From Octopus bimaculoides (taxonomy: Eukaryota), in the NCBI RefSeq assembly GCF_001194135.2, contig NC_068984.1, positions 69,334,894-69,398,893 on the forward strand: DNA of 64,000 nucleotides. The letters run 5' to 3'. A program made the position numbers and the translations under genes. How positions within the stretch are numbered: position 1 is the stretch's first letter; the number at the start of each line of letters is the position of its first letter. Shown here in pieces: positions 23,948 through 34,360 of the stretch. The notes under the pieces were generated by a model that was given only the letters and a program-made list of their open reading frames with translations, did no database searches and was not told the DNA's origin.

Positions 23948-24249
23948 GAATATTGGCATACCTCATTGGCCCTATCAGCATCTGAAAGGCCAAAGACAGC
24001 CATGTCGGTCCCTTTGTTTATATATTTGCATACATACTTGATGGAGTGAACGGAACTGCAAAATTCCACGTTAATGTGTGCCTTGAAAACTTGTAGCAAT
24101 AGAGAATTATATGGGACGATCCACCTGTTGTCTATAACGACTGGACTTTCCTGTGATCGGAGAGTGAAATGGAATCCACCGTCTCCCGGTTTGCGTCATC
24201 TGTATGTTGGATGTCCAGTGCGAAAAACTGTCATGTCCAGTGCGAAAAA

Positions 24250-24420
24250 TTAATCCACACCCCATCCCGCAGTCTAAAAGTGGAAACGAACGGCTGTTTT
24301 GTCCGTTTCCGCATGCATAGATTTATAGTGAAAAAGCAAAAGGATCACATGTGAAGCCCTCACCACGAAACTTGATATGCTAAAAATAACAGCTAAATGT
24401 CCAGATAATTTTTGTAATTG
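24250..24420 (+). repeat. Unclassified repeat module (inverted copy at 26590-26775)
   Basis: CGGCTGTTTTGTCCGTTTCCG...TGAAGCCCTCACCACGAAACT..GATATG.TAAAAATAACAGCTAAATGTCC is present in both orientations. Confidence 0.75.
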
Positions 24421-25479
24421 TAGGTGGGCGCGAGTGCAACAATTCTACAACAGCTTATCCGAATGAACAGAGAAAGAAGTGCACAAAATATATTTGACAT
24501 ACCTGTCGTATACGTCGGTTTTGTTTTTCTGCTTGAAAAGTAAACGATTCTGATAGAAGCAATTACTTTTCTGTCAATTCCTTGGATTAATACCAACAAA
24601 ATACTACAAGTTTAGTCACCTGTTTCTGCTCTTTATTCCAAAATAATAAAAACTTTAACATCTTCCATAATAGGACTTAATCCATGTGTATCTGCGTGCG
24701 TATATGTGCATGTGTATGTGAGGTGGGGGTGCACAAGAAAAACATTTACGGAAATGTACTCATAAAATTTCTACTAAAATAAGTTGTCTTTATATGCCAC
24801 GCTTGCAATTCTCCATATAAATGGTAGCAAAATGTGTATCAAATGAAATTAAAATCCTGGTACAATGATAGATCTATAGGAAAGTGGTTATACACCATTA
24901 GGTGTACACCTGCTTTCCTATATTAAATTCAGAATAAACGGAACGCAGAACTCCGAACTATCAACACAACAATGTTTATTTATGTAGGAAAATAGGCAGC
25001 CTTAAATTGTCTGGTTGCTGAGAGGCCTTCTGTGAGAGAGCATGGTTGCTGAGACGTTGGACTGTTGATGTGAGCTGTCCCCAGAGTTGAATGATGGAGA
25101 CAGGCTGCTTGTACGTCTGAGCTCATGGCCGACCGGCCGAGAAATAGAATGAAAAAAGCGGGAACGTTTAGATGTTGAATTCCACGCATGCGCATGAGAT
25201 AGGGCGATACTACAGGGCTCCCCTTGCCAGTGCGGATCGCACGAAAATAGAAAATTGGAGGAACACCTGAGGCAGGATGGCCACTGAAAACCAACCACAA
25301 CATGTGGCACAAACACACACAAAGAAAAAAATCAAAGAAATGAATGTACACTTGTGAGATACATGCATGCAATGTTTCTGAAAGGAAAGAAAATATATGA
25401 GTGCACAAGTGTGTGTGTGAGAAAAACACAGAACATATTAAAAGTGTCTATAGAGAAAAAAAAATCCAGTTCGTATAAG

Positions 25480-25709
25480 AGTTACACAAGATTATAGCAT
25501 GTCCATACGCAGGAAGTTGTGGTCAAAGGAGAAGAGCTGTAGTTGAGCGTCGATGCTGGGCCTTGTGTTACCTGGTACGGAATATTCTATAAAAGTTACA
25601 CAAGGAGATTTAGAATGTTAATACGCAGGAAGTCGTGGTCAGTGAGCAGAGCTGTAGTTGAGCGTCGGATGCTAGGTGAGACCTGTTACCTGGTACTGAA
25701 TATTCTAGT
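25480..25709. repeat. Two diverged about 114-bp tandem units inside the LTR element
   Basis: AGTTACACAAG...CGCAGGAAGT.GTGGTCA...GAGCTGTAGTTGAGCGTCG...GTTACCTGGTAC.GAATATTCTA starts at 25480 and 25594. Confidence 0.85.
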
Positions 25710-26094
25710 TGGTTAGTTCTGACTGTTGTCCGTGAGTGGATACTCCACTCATACAGTGAAGATAAAACCAAGTGTGTTGATATTGGTGTGTCCTTGGTGG
25801 TGGGGTTGTTGGCGCACGACATTGTGGTAGACAGTACATTGGTGGTGAAGACGTCGGTGCTGGAACTGGCTATAGCTGTAGCTGTGTTCTGTATGTGTGG
25901 TGGTGATAATGAAGTCATGTTGACGCTGTTGGCGACGTCGGGGGGCGATGCTTGTAGTTGGTAGTGGTTGTTGATGTCGTCGCTGTAAAACTGGCTGTGT
26001 TCTCTAACTGTGACGAGCATGTTGAGAGACAGTTGACGGCTCGTGTAGTATTATCGGCTGGTAGTTCAGATTTCGTGGCTGCGGTTGTTCTTTA

Positions 26095-26107
26095 GTCGGG
26101 GTCACCA
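26095..26107 (-). promoter_or_regulatory. Primer-binding site complementary to the 3' end of tRNA-Trp
   Basis: TGGTGACCCCGAC equals the first 13 nt of the tRNA-Trp PBS (TGGTGACCCCGACGTGAT) used by avian retroviruses. It lies 2 nt downstream of the 5' LTR. Confidence 0.8.
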
Positions 26108-26410
26108 ATTATAGGAAAGTGGTTATACACCGTTAGGTGTACACCTGCTTTCCTATATTAAATTCAGAATAAACGGAACGCAGAACTCCGAACTATCAAC
26201 ACAACAATATTTATTTATGTAGGAAAATAGGCAGCCTTAAATTGTCTGGTTGCTGAGACGTTGGAATGTTGATGTGAGCTGTCCCCAGAGTTGAATGATG
26301 GAGACAGGCTGAGCTCATGGCCGGCCGGCTGAGAAAAAGAATGAAAAAAGCGGGAACGTTTAGATGTTGAATTCCACGCATGCGCATGAGATAGGGCGTT
26401 ACTACAGATC

Positions 26411-27460
26411 GATCAAGTTACTAAAGTTTTTAAATTGTTGGTAACAACATATTCTCTCTTTTTATTGACTATTGGAAAAGAGAGAAAATGCAAGAGAAAT
26501 TCATTTTGGCGGTAGCCACTAAACCCCTTGATTAATTATCACAATTAAAAAAATTCAGAGGTGTAACATTACGCAAGTTCATTTCTGTGAATTTACACAC
26601 AGCCACAAAAATTCTCCGGACATTTAGCTGTTATTTTTAACATATCGAGTTTCGTGGTGAGGGCTTCATATGCCGTGGTCTTTTTGTTCAATCACTATAA
26701 ATCTACACTATCGGAAACGGACAAAACAGCCATTCGTTTTCACTTTTAAAAAGCGGGATGGGTGTGGATCAATTTTGTGGTTTTTCATAAAAAATTTGAA
26801 ATTAGGATTTGTTTTTTTCCCCCACCCCACCCCATATTCTTAATCTCCGTATTTTTCCACGTAGATTGAAAACAAAATTTCGAAAAAAAACTTAAAAATC
26901 AAAAATTTGGGTGGGGGAAGAAATTAACAATTTTGAAAACGTGGTTTTTTTGCGTATTCAGAATTTCCGTCATCGAAAACATAGGAATCCGGTTTAAAAA
27001 AAGGAAAAAACCAAATCGGAAAGGTCAGTTGGGGGTGGGGTCAGTTCCACCAAAGGGGTTAATATGATTTCCCAGAAATCACGTTTTCAAAAATTATAAT
27101 TCCCACTCCTCAAAGAAATTTCCGAATTTTTAACTGTTTTTCGAATTTTGTTTGTTATCCACGGGGAAAAATAGAGATTACGAATGTGGGAAATATAATT
27201 CTTTTTTGAAAGTTTAATTTTTCTAAAAGAAATACTGAATGCACATTTCCACTTCGTCCATCCACCAGCTATCCGCTTCGGGGCGAAATGCAAATGTTCT
27301 GTGTGGAAAACATAGGAGTGTGAGTAAATTGAGGAAAGAAATAAGGAGTGGGGACTGCAACTGTGTGTGTGTGCACGAAAGGAACTTATTTTCGCATACC
27401 ATTCTTAATTCCAATTAAGGTCACCGTACATTTTTATCAGAAATTGAAAGAAAGAGATAA
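26411..27460. mobile_element. Unclassified non-autonomous repeat (possibly Helitron-related)
   Basis: Contains the inverted copy of the 24250 module and CpG-bearing AT-run sequence unlike its flanks. Termini not resolved. Confidence 0.35.
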
Positions 27461-28046
27461 TGCCTAATTCTACGCATGCGTGAAACATGGGACAAGTGAA
27501 AATGACCTGAAACCTTGTATGACATGACCCCGGTTCTGGGGTTGTCAGCATCTCCTTCTCTCCCACTTTACCCCTCTCTTTGTGCCGGCTTTTTTAACTT
27601 TCAACTGTGAAACAAACGTAGGGTTAAAACAGCGTCTGTCTCTCACCCGCTATCCGTCTTTCAAATTTTCCTTTAGAAACTTGTTTTCTGTCTCTGTTTC
27701 TTTCTCTTGTCTCTCTGTCATTTTCTTATTCTGCGTTTCTCTCGGTCATTCTGTAAATATTTATTTGTTTATGCGTTAAAGAGAGAAGAATTGAAAGGAA
27801 AGAGAAAAGGAGAGTGAGAGAGCAGAAAGTGAAGGAGATGAGAAAGTGAACAATATATGTACGTGTATATGAAATGGACGTGTGTGTGTGTATGTGTATG
27901 TGTGCAAGAGTGAGAAAGAGACAGGGAGGAAGAGACAGAGTGAGTGAAGGTGTGTGTCGTGATGATGTATGTCTTTTAAAGTATACACTCATATAGAAAA
28001 TGTGATGTCATCGTTGTCGTCGTCATCTAAAATGTTTACGATACTG

Positions 28047-28438
28047 TTTTACTTGTTTCAGTCTTTTGACTGTGGCCATGCTGGAGCACCGCCTTTAGTC
28101 GAGCAAATCGACCCCAGGACTTATTCTTTGGAAGCCTAGTACTTATTCTATCGGTTTCTTTTGCCGAACCGCTAAGTTACGGGGACATAAACACAGCAGC
28201 ATCGGTTGTCAAGCGATGTTGGGGGGACAAACACAGACATACTAACACATACATATATATATATATACATATATACGACAGGCTTCTTTCAGTTTCCGTC
28301 TACCAAATCCACTCACAAGGCTTTGGTCGGCCCGAGGCTATAGTAGAAGACACCTGCCCAAGATGCCACGCAGAGGGACTGAACCCGGGACCATGTAGCT
28401 GGTAAGCAAGCTACTTACCACACAGCCACTCCTATGCC
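28047..28438 (-). mobile_element. SINE family A
   Basis: Reverse complement of the family A consensus, head to tail. Confidence 0.85.
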
Positions 28439-28759
28439 TAGTTGACTTATGGAAGAGATTATAATTTTAAAATTTTGTAATGCAAATATGTTGTAAAAGG
28501 TTGATAGTTGCAATAGAGACATTAATCTCTCTCTATCACCTTTCAACAAAATTATATATTAAGAAACAGTAGAACAATTAACAACATAATAAAAATAAGT
28601 TTTATCTTTGGTGATGCTTGGTTTTATAAATCCTGTGTTATTCAGCCTGGCAGCCGCTGGCTAACTTATAGTCTGCATTGGAAGTTTAAAAGCTTCGTTG
28701 AGGCATCTGAGAGGAGCAAGTTGTTGTTATATCGAAGGCATCGTGCTAAGGAGACTTAC

Positions 28760-28875
28760 AAAGCGCGCGAAGCGCTTTAAGTACTGGTTTTACTACACAT
28801 GCGCACTCGAGGGGCTTCCGGGAAGGCAAGTCCCTTGCGCATGCGTAGGTTGTACTTCCTTAATGGTGGCCATAC
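28760..28875. promoter_or_regulatory. Candidate housekeeping-type promoter patch
   Basis: CpG-rich, apparently non-repeat patch with ACTACA (28792), CATGCGCA (28798), CTTCCGG (28815), TGCGCATGCGT (28836) and AATGGTGGC (28862). These resemble ZNF143, NRF1, ETS and YY1 motifs. Confidence 0.4.
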
Positions 28876-30056
28876 AATGTCAATGAAAATAAAATTTAAT
28901 GGGTAGCCGAAATAGTACTGAATCTTTTGACACCCCATATGTCAAAATCGGTACCTTGGTTTTCGAATGTAGAAGGAACATACGCGTGCACACACACTCA
29001 CACACATACAACCTCTCTTTTATAGTTATATATAGGGTAGAGAAATTAGAGAAATTTTCTACCAGTGGCTAGCATGCATAAAATAGTCAATAGACAAATA
29101 TAACTGTCTATAACTGCGCTTGTGTAGAGGATTTGAAAAATGATAATGTATAAAGATGAGACATGTGGTCTCTATTTGTCCTATGATTATATATTAATCA
29201 TTAGCGCTCATGCTGATGAAGAACACGGATAACAAATTATCTTATTTGTTCATTAATGTTCAAAATCTAGGTACAAGCGGTAACTATTGAAAATGTTTTT
29301 TTCATTTTTCATCCCTTTCGAAATTACTCTTAACCGTGGTTTGGACTTTGACTGTTCCTTTTATCATGTAAGGTGTCCTGTTAAGGTCACCAAAAGGACA
29401 CATGTACCGCGGAATCCTTTGTGTTGTGTTATAATTTTACNNNNNNNNNNNNNNNNNNNNNNNNNNNNNNNNNNNNNNNNNNNNNNNNNNNNNNNNNNNN
29501 NNNNNNNNNNNNNNNNNNNNNNNNNNNNNNNNNNNNNNNNNNNNNNNNNNNNNNNNNNNNNNNNNNNNNNNNNNNNNNNNNNNNNNNNNNNNNNNNNNNN
29601 NNNNNNNNNNNNNNNNNNNNNNNNNNNNNNNNNNNNNNNNNNNNNNNNNNNNNNNNNNNNNNNNNNNNNNNNNNNNNNNNNNNNNNNNNNNNNNNNNNNN
29701 NNNNNNNNNNNNNNNNNNNNNNNNNNNNNNNNNNNNNNNNNNNNNNNNNNNNNNNNNNNNNNNNNNNNNNNNNNNNNNNNNNNNNNNNNNNNNNNNNNNN
29801 NNNNNNNNNNNNNNNNNNNNNNNNNNNNNNNNNNNNNNNNNNNNNNNNNNNNNNNNNNNNNNNNNNNNNNNNNNNNNNNNNNNNNNNNNNNNNNNNNNNN
29901 NNNNNNNNNNNNNNNNNNNNNNNNNNNNNNNNNNNNNNNNNNNNNNNNNNNNNNNNNNNNNNNNNNNNNNNNNNNNNNNNNNNNNNNNNNNNNNNNNNNN
30001 NNNNNNNNNNNNNNNNNNNNNNNNNNNNNNNNNNNNNNNNNNNNNNNNNNNNNNNG

Positions 30057-30660
30057 TCATAGGCAAGTGAGACAATTCACGTCAGGTCCCTTTTCAGAGT
30101 CAGCGTGGGGTATGGAGATGTGAGGGTGGGGTGTGGGTTTGGGGTGACGATGTGGGGTATGGGTGAGACATGTGGGGTGGGGTGGTATATGTGGGAGTGG
30201 GATGTGGGGTATTCGGGATGGTGGGGTTGGGATGTGTAGGGGTGAGGTGTGGATGGAGAGGTAATAATGAAGGGAGAAGGTGGGTAGGTGTGAAGAGAGG
30301 GAATAGGTGTCAGGGCAAGAGATGAGAGAAGAGGTGGATGGGAGTGAAAAGAGGAAGTAGGTGTGAGATGAAGAGAGGAGGGGCGTCAGATAAAGAGGAG
30401 AGGGAAATTGAGCCCATGTGGTGCAAAGGAGCAAAGAGAGAAGATTAATTCTTGTTCATGGTGAAGGCTGGAGTCCGGATGGCCCCTCTGCAAAGACAAT
30501 CCAAACACACCCAAGTGTTGTAATGAACGACTGAAAGAGCAGAAATAGCATGAGACCGGGCTGTCATTGCCGAGTCTAATGTCTCGGAAGTGTTCCACGA
30601 ACTGGTCAGCCAAACGGCGTCCTGCTTGACTGATGTACATAGAAGGACAGAGAGTAGGAG
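30057..30660 (-). mobile_element. Penelope-like element 3' end: GIY-YIG endonuclease remnant, pyrimidine-rich tail, decayed hammerhead-like motif
   Basis: ORF 30386-30640 MYISQAGRRLADQFVEHFRDIR...EQELIFSLCSFAPHGLN matches the Penelope EN pattern YIGET.RRL..RF.EH...E..LIF.L....P.GLN. Confidence 0.85.
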
Positions 30661-30696
30661 ATTCAATAAATTACATTGCTAGAAGTGCATATATGT

Positions 30697-31473
30697 ATCA
30701 TCATCATCATCGTTTAACGTCCACTTTCCATGCTTGCATAGGTCGGGCCATTTGACTGAGGACTGGCGAGCCAGATGGCTGCACCAGGCTCCAGTCTGAT
30801 CTGGCAGAGTTTCTACAACTGGATGCCCTTTCTAACACCAACCACTCCGAGAGTGTAATGGGTGCTTTTACATGCCATCAGCATGAGGGCCAGTCCAGCA
30901 GTACTGGCAATGATCTCGCTCAAATGATTTTTCACATGCCACCGGCACAAGTGTCAGTAAGGCGATGCTGGTAACGATCATGCTCGAATGGTGCTATTTA
31001 CGTACCATCGACATGAAGCGAGACAGCTGCTCTGGCAATGATCATGCTCAGACGGTGCTGTTAGCACCTCACTGGCACGGGTGCCAGTCATCAAATTTGG
31101 TTCAATTACAATTTTGATTTCACTTGCCCCAACAGATCTTCACCGAAAGGTTGGCATGGGTGCCAGTTATCGAATTTGGTTCAATTTCACTTGCCTCAAC
31201 AGGTCTTCGCAAGCAGAGTTTAGTGTCCAATGAAGTAAAGGTACAAGTAAGTGGGCTGGCTACACCTCTGGCAGAGGCCACGGATTATGGTCTCACTTCG
31301 CTTGCCGGTTCTTCTCAGGCACAGTATATTTCCAAAGGTCTCGATCACTAGTCATTGCCTCGGTGAAGTCTAATGTTTGAAGGTCTTGCTTCACCACCTC
31401 ATCCCAGGTTTTCCTGGGTCTACCTCTTCCACAGGTTCCCTCAACCACTAGGGTGTGGCACTTTTTCACACAG
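30697..31473 (-). mobile_element. 5'-truncated RTE-clade LINE (ORF end, subrepeat-rich 3' UTR, (GAT)n tail)
   Basis: Minus frame CVKKCHTLVVEGTCGRGRPRKTWDEVVKQDLQTLDFTEAMTSDRDLWKY...* (31293-31473), continuous with the ...GGGCATCCAG...GGACGTTAAACGATGATG terminus. Confidence 0.85.
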
Positions 31474-31985
31474 TTATCCTCAGTATATATATATATTTAA
31501 ATTCAATAATAGGATGAATTCTTTTACAAGAATTTATCAAGTAGCTAGCGTGAAAAAAAGCTCATAAGGGAAAAAATCCATCATTTATTCCCAAAATGTA
31601 TATTTTTATTTATATAAGGGCATTACTATACAATAATGCCTCATGCTATGAGGGACTCTAAGGTCAGACTACCATAAAAAACACATTTTTACCGAACGCG
31701 AGGAAATGCAACTCTCAAAGCCAGCCCCTTAAAAACAGACTGAATTATATATCATAATTTCGTAGTTATTGTAGTATTATACAANNNNNNNNNNNNNNNN
31801 NNNNNNNNNNNNNNNNNNNNNNNNNNNNNNNNNNNNNNNNNNNNNNNNNNNNNNNNNNNNNNNNNNNNNNNNNNNNNNNNNNNNNNNNNNNNNNNNNNNN
31901 NNNNNNNNNNNNNNNNNNNNNNNNNNNNNNNNNNNNNNNNNNNNNNNNNNNNNNNNNNNNNNNNNNNNNNNNNNNNNNNNNNNNN

Positions 31986-32018
<33 letters not shown>

Positions 32019-32056
32019 ATATATATACATTTATTTATTTATCTATTTATTTATTT

Positions 32057-32372
32057 AGGCACAAGCATGGCTGCATGGTAAGAAGCTTGCTTTCCAACCA
32101 CATAATTCTGGATTCAGTCCCACTGTGTGGTACCTTGGGCAAGTGACGTCTAATATAGCTTCAATCCAACCAAAACTTTTGACCGGATTTGGTAAAAGGA
32201 AACTGAAAAAAGTCCACCTTATATATATATATATATATATTTATGTGTGTGTGTATTTTATGTCTGTCCCTGTACTGCTTGGCAACTGATGTCGGTGTGT
32301 TTACATCCCTGTAACTCAGTAGTTCAGCTAAAGAGATCGATAGAATAAATCTCAGGCTGAAAAAAATAGTAT
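32057..32372 (+). mobile_element. SINE family A (diverged)
   Basis: GGCACAAGCATGGCTGCATGGTAAG...CCTTGGGCAAGTG...GGAAACTGAAA...GATAGAATAA. Confidence 0.7.
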
Positions 32373-32412
32373 AGACACAGTTTAATGAGTGAAATATGGA
32401 AATGATAAAAAA

Positions 32413-32450
<38 letters not shown>

Positions 32451-32815
32451 TCCTTGTTTAACATCAGTTGATAGATAGCAGCAAGTCACACAAATGGTGT
32501 TCATTATTGGTAATCGAGTGAGAAAACATGTCAGGCCTATTGGACTTCTCGTCTATAAAAAAAACGGACATCATCAAATGATGTTTCATCAGAGATCAGC
32601 AGACATGATCAATTGATGGTTCAAAAATTTTTAATGGATATGGCCATCATCAAAAGAAAGTAAATATTTTATGGTACTTTTCAATAATGAGATCATAAAT
32701 TTTATTGTGCGAAAGACAAACAACTATTATAGCTTTTTTACTTATTTAACATGAAAATAAGTGTGAAAATTTCTCTTATGATAAAGACTCTTCGTTTTTT
32801 GCCCATTTGACTTAC

Positions 32816-32917
32816 ACATTCCTGTATCCCTTTCCTGGTAGTTAAGGGTTCAAATTCTTTGAAAAATATTACATTGCTTGGAAGCAGATGAATGTTGTTG
32901 ACAGAAAGTGCATCTAC
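32816..32917 (-). CDS. Candidate internal coding exon of an unidentified gene (VDALSVNNIHLLPSNVIFFKEFEPLTTRKGIQEC)
   Basis: ttttatacag|...|gtaagt; 102 nt, open only in phase 0, symmetric, in apparently non-repeat sequence. Product not recognised. Confidence 0.45.
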
Positions 32918-33019
32918 CTGTATAAAATATACTTCAAAAAATTTCATCTCATGCATGCAAGCATGGTAATGTGCATATTAAAGTGATGACAATGATAAGG
33001 ATATAAGCAAGTGCATATA

Positions 33020-33050
<31 letters not shown>

Positions 33051-33502
33051 GTACATATATGTGTATAAATATGTTCATCTACATATAAATATGTATATGC
33101 ATATACATATGTGTGTATGTATGTATGAATANNNNNNNNNNNNNNNNNNNNNNNNNNNNNNNNNNNNNNNNNNNNNNNNNNNNNNNNNNNNNNNNNNNNN
33201 NNNNNNNNNNNNNNNNNNNNNNNNNNNNNNNNNNNNNNNNNNNNNNNNNNNNNNNNNNNNNNNNNNNNNNNNNNNNNNNNNNNNNNNNNNNNNNNNNNNN
33301 NNNNNNNNNNNNNNNNNNNNNNNNNNNNNNNNNNNNNNNNNNNNNNNNNNNNNNNNNNNNNNNNNNNNNNNNNNNNNNNNNNNNNNNNNNNNNNNNNNNN
33401 NNATATATATATATATATATATACATATTTATATATATGCATAGATATGTGTAGATATACATATACATATATGTCTTTACATATAAGTGTGTATATATAT
33501 TG

Positions 33503-33770
33503 TCATCATTTAACGTCTGTCTGTTTTCCATGCTGGCTTGGGTTGGACAGTTTGACTGAGGTCTGGACTAGGTGGCTGCACCAAGCTCCAATCTGATCTG
33601 CCAATGTTTCTACAGCTGGATGCCCTTCCTAACGACAAACCACTCTGAGAGTTTAGTGGGTGCATTTTACATGCCACCAGAATGGGAGTCAGTCAAGGGA
33701 CACCAGCTACAGTTACGATTTTGATTTTACTTGACTCAACAAGTCTTCTCAAGCATATCATATCGCCCCA
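33503..33770 (-). mobile_element. RTE 3' UTR/tail fragment
   Basis: CATCATTTAACGTCTG...TTTCCATGCTGGC...GGATGCCCTTCCTAACG. Confidence 0.75.
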
Positions 33771-33966
33771 TGTAATGACCCATAACATAAAGTTCAATAA
33801 GCAGAGATCAATAAAATAACATCATTGTTTAAAAACCATACATACTGGTATTGAGATAAAAAAAAAAAAAAACCTGCAAATAGATGTTCAAGCATGATCA
33901 CAGATCAGTGACTGAAACCAGTAATGAAATAAAAGAATATAAAAAACATATGACTCACTCTATTTG

Positions 33967-34003
<37 letters not shown>

Positions 34004-34190
34004 ATATATATATATCTATATATATATATATACACACACACACATATAACATGTGAGTGTGTGCATATATATATATATTAGCTAGTATAGGTTGACATGG
34101 TTGGATAATAGTATATTTTTAACAAATAATAAACAGTTATCATATTTCCTAATATATGCCAAATAAGTAGAAACTTGCTATAGACTTGCT

Positions 34191-34360
34191 ATGTTCTGAG
34201 TTCAAATTCCGCTGAGGTCGACTTTGCTTTCCATCCTTTTGGGGTCGGTTAAATAAGTACCAGTTATGCACTGGAGTCGATATAATCGAATCAGTTCATT
34301 TGTCTGTCCTTGTTTGTCCCCTCTATGTTTAGCCCCTTGTGGGCAGTAAAGAAATAAGAA
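34191..34360 (+). mobile_element. SINE family B, 5'-truncated
   Basis: GTTCTGAGTTCAAATTCCGCTGAGGTCGACTTTGCTTTCCATCCTTTTGGGGTCG...AAGTACCAGTT. Confidence 0.75.

Larger units (their letters stand above)
20740..24215 (-). mobile_element. Decayed Helitron (RepHel), 5'-truncated, interrupted by a MITE
   Basis: 3' end CTAG (20740-20743) followed by T on the minus strand, with a GC hairpin at 20752-20767. PIF1 motifs: DALGGMGKTF, VASSGIVATLL..GRTAHSTFKLP, IVWDECTM, LAGDFCQILPV, FAMTINKAQGQT, FSHGQLY..SRV. Rep motifs: DNRWIVPYN, HINVEFCSSVHSIKYVCKYINKG, HLENGQ, LTAFF.LC. Confidence 0.92.
24875..26406 (-). mobile_element. Non-autonomous LTR retroelement (TRIM-like, Gypsy-type signals)
   Basis: LTRs 26110-26406 (5', 297 bp) and 24875-25214 (3', 340 bp). 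PBS TGGTGACCCCGAC at 26095-26107; purine-rich PPT GGCAAGGGGAGCCC before the 3' LTR; GATC TSD at 24871-24874 and 26407-26410. Confidence 0.9.

Noticed and set aside
25610-26020. Internal ORF of the LTR element as gag
   Set aside because: No CCHC knuckle or LP.FW-type gag motif is visible. It is low-complexity Thr/Ser and its end overlaps a tandem repeat.
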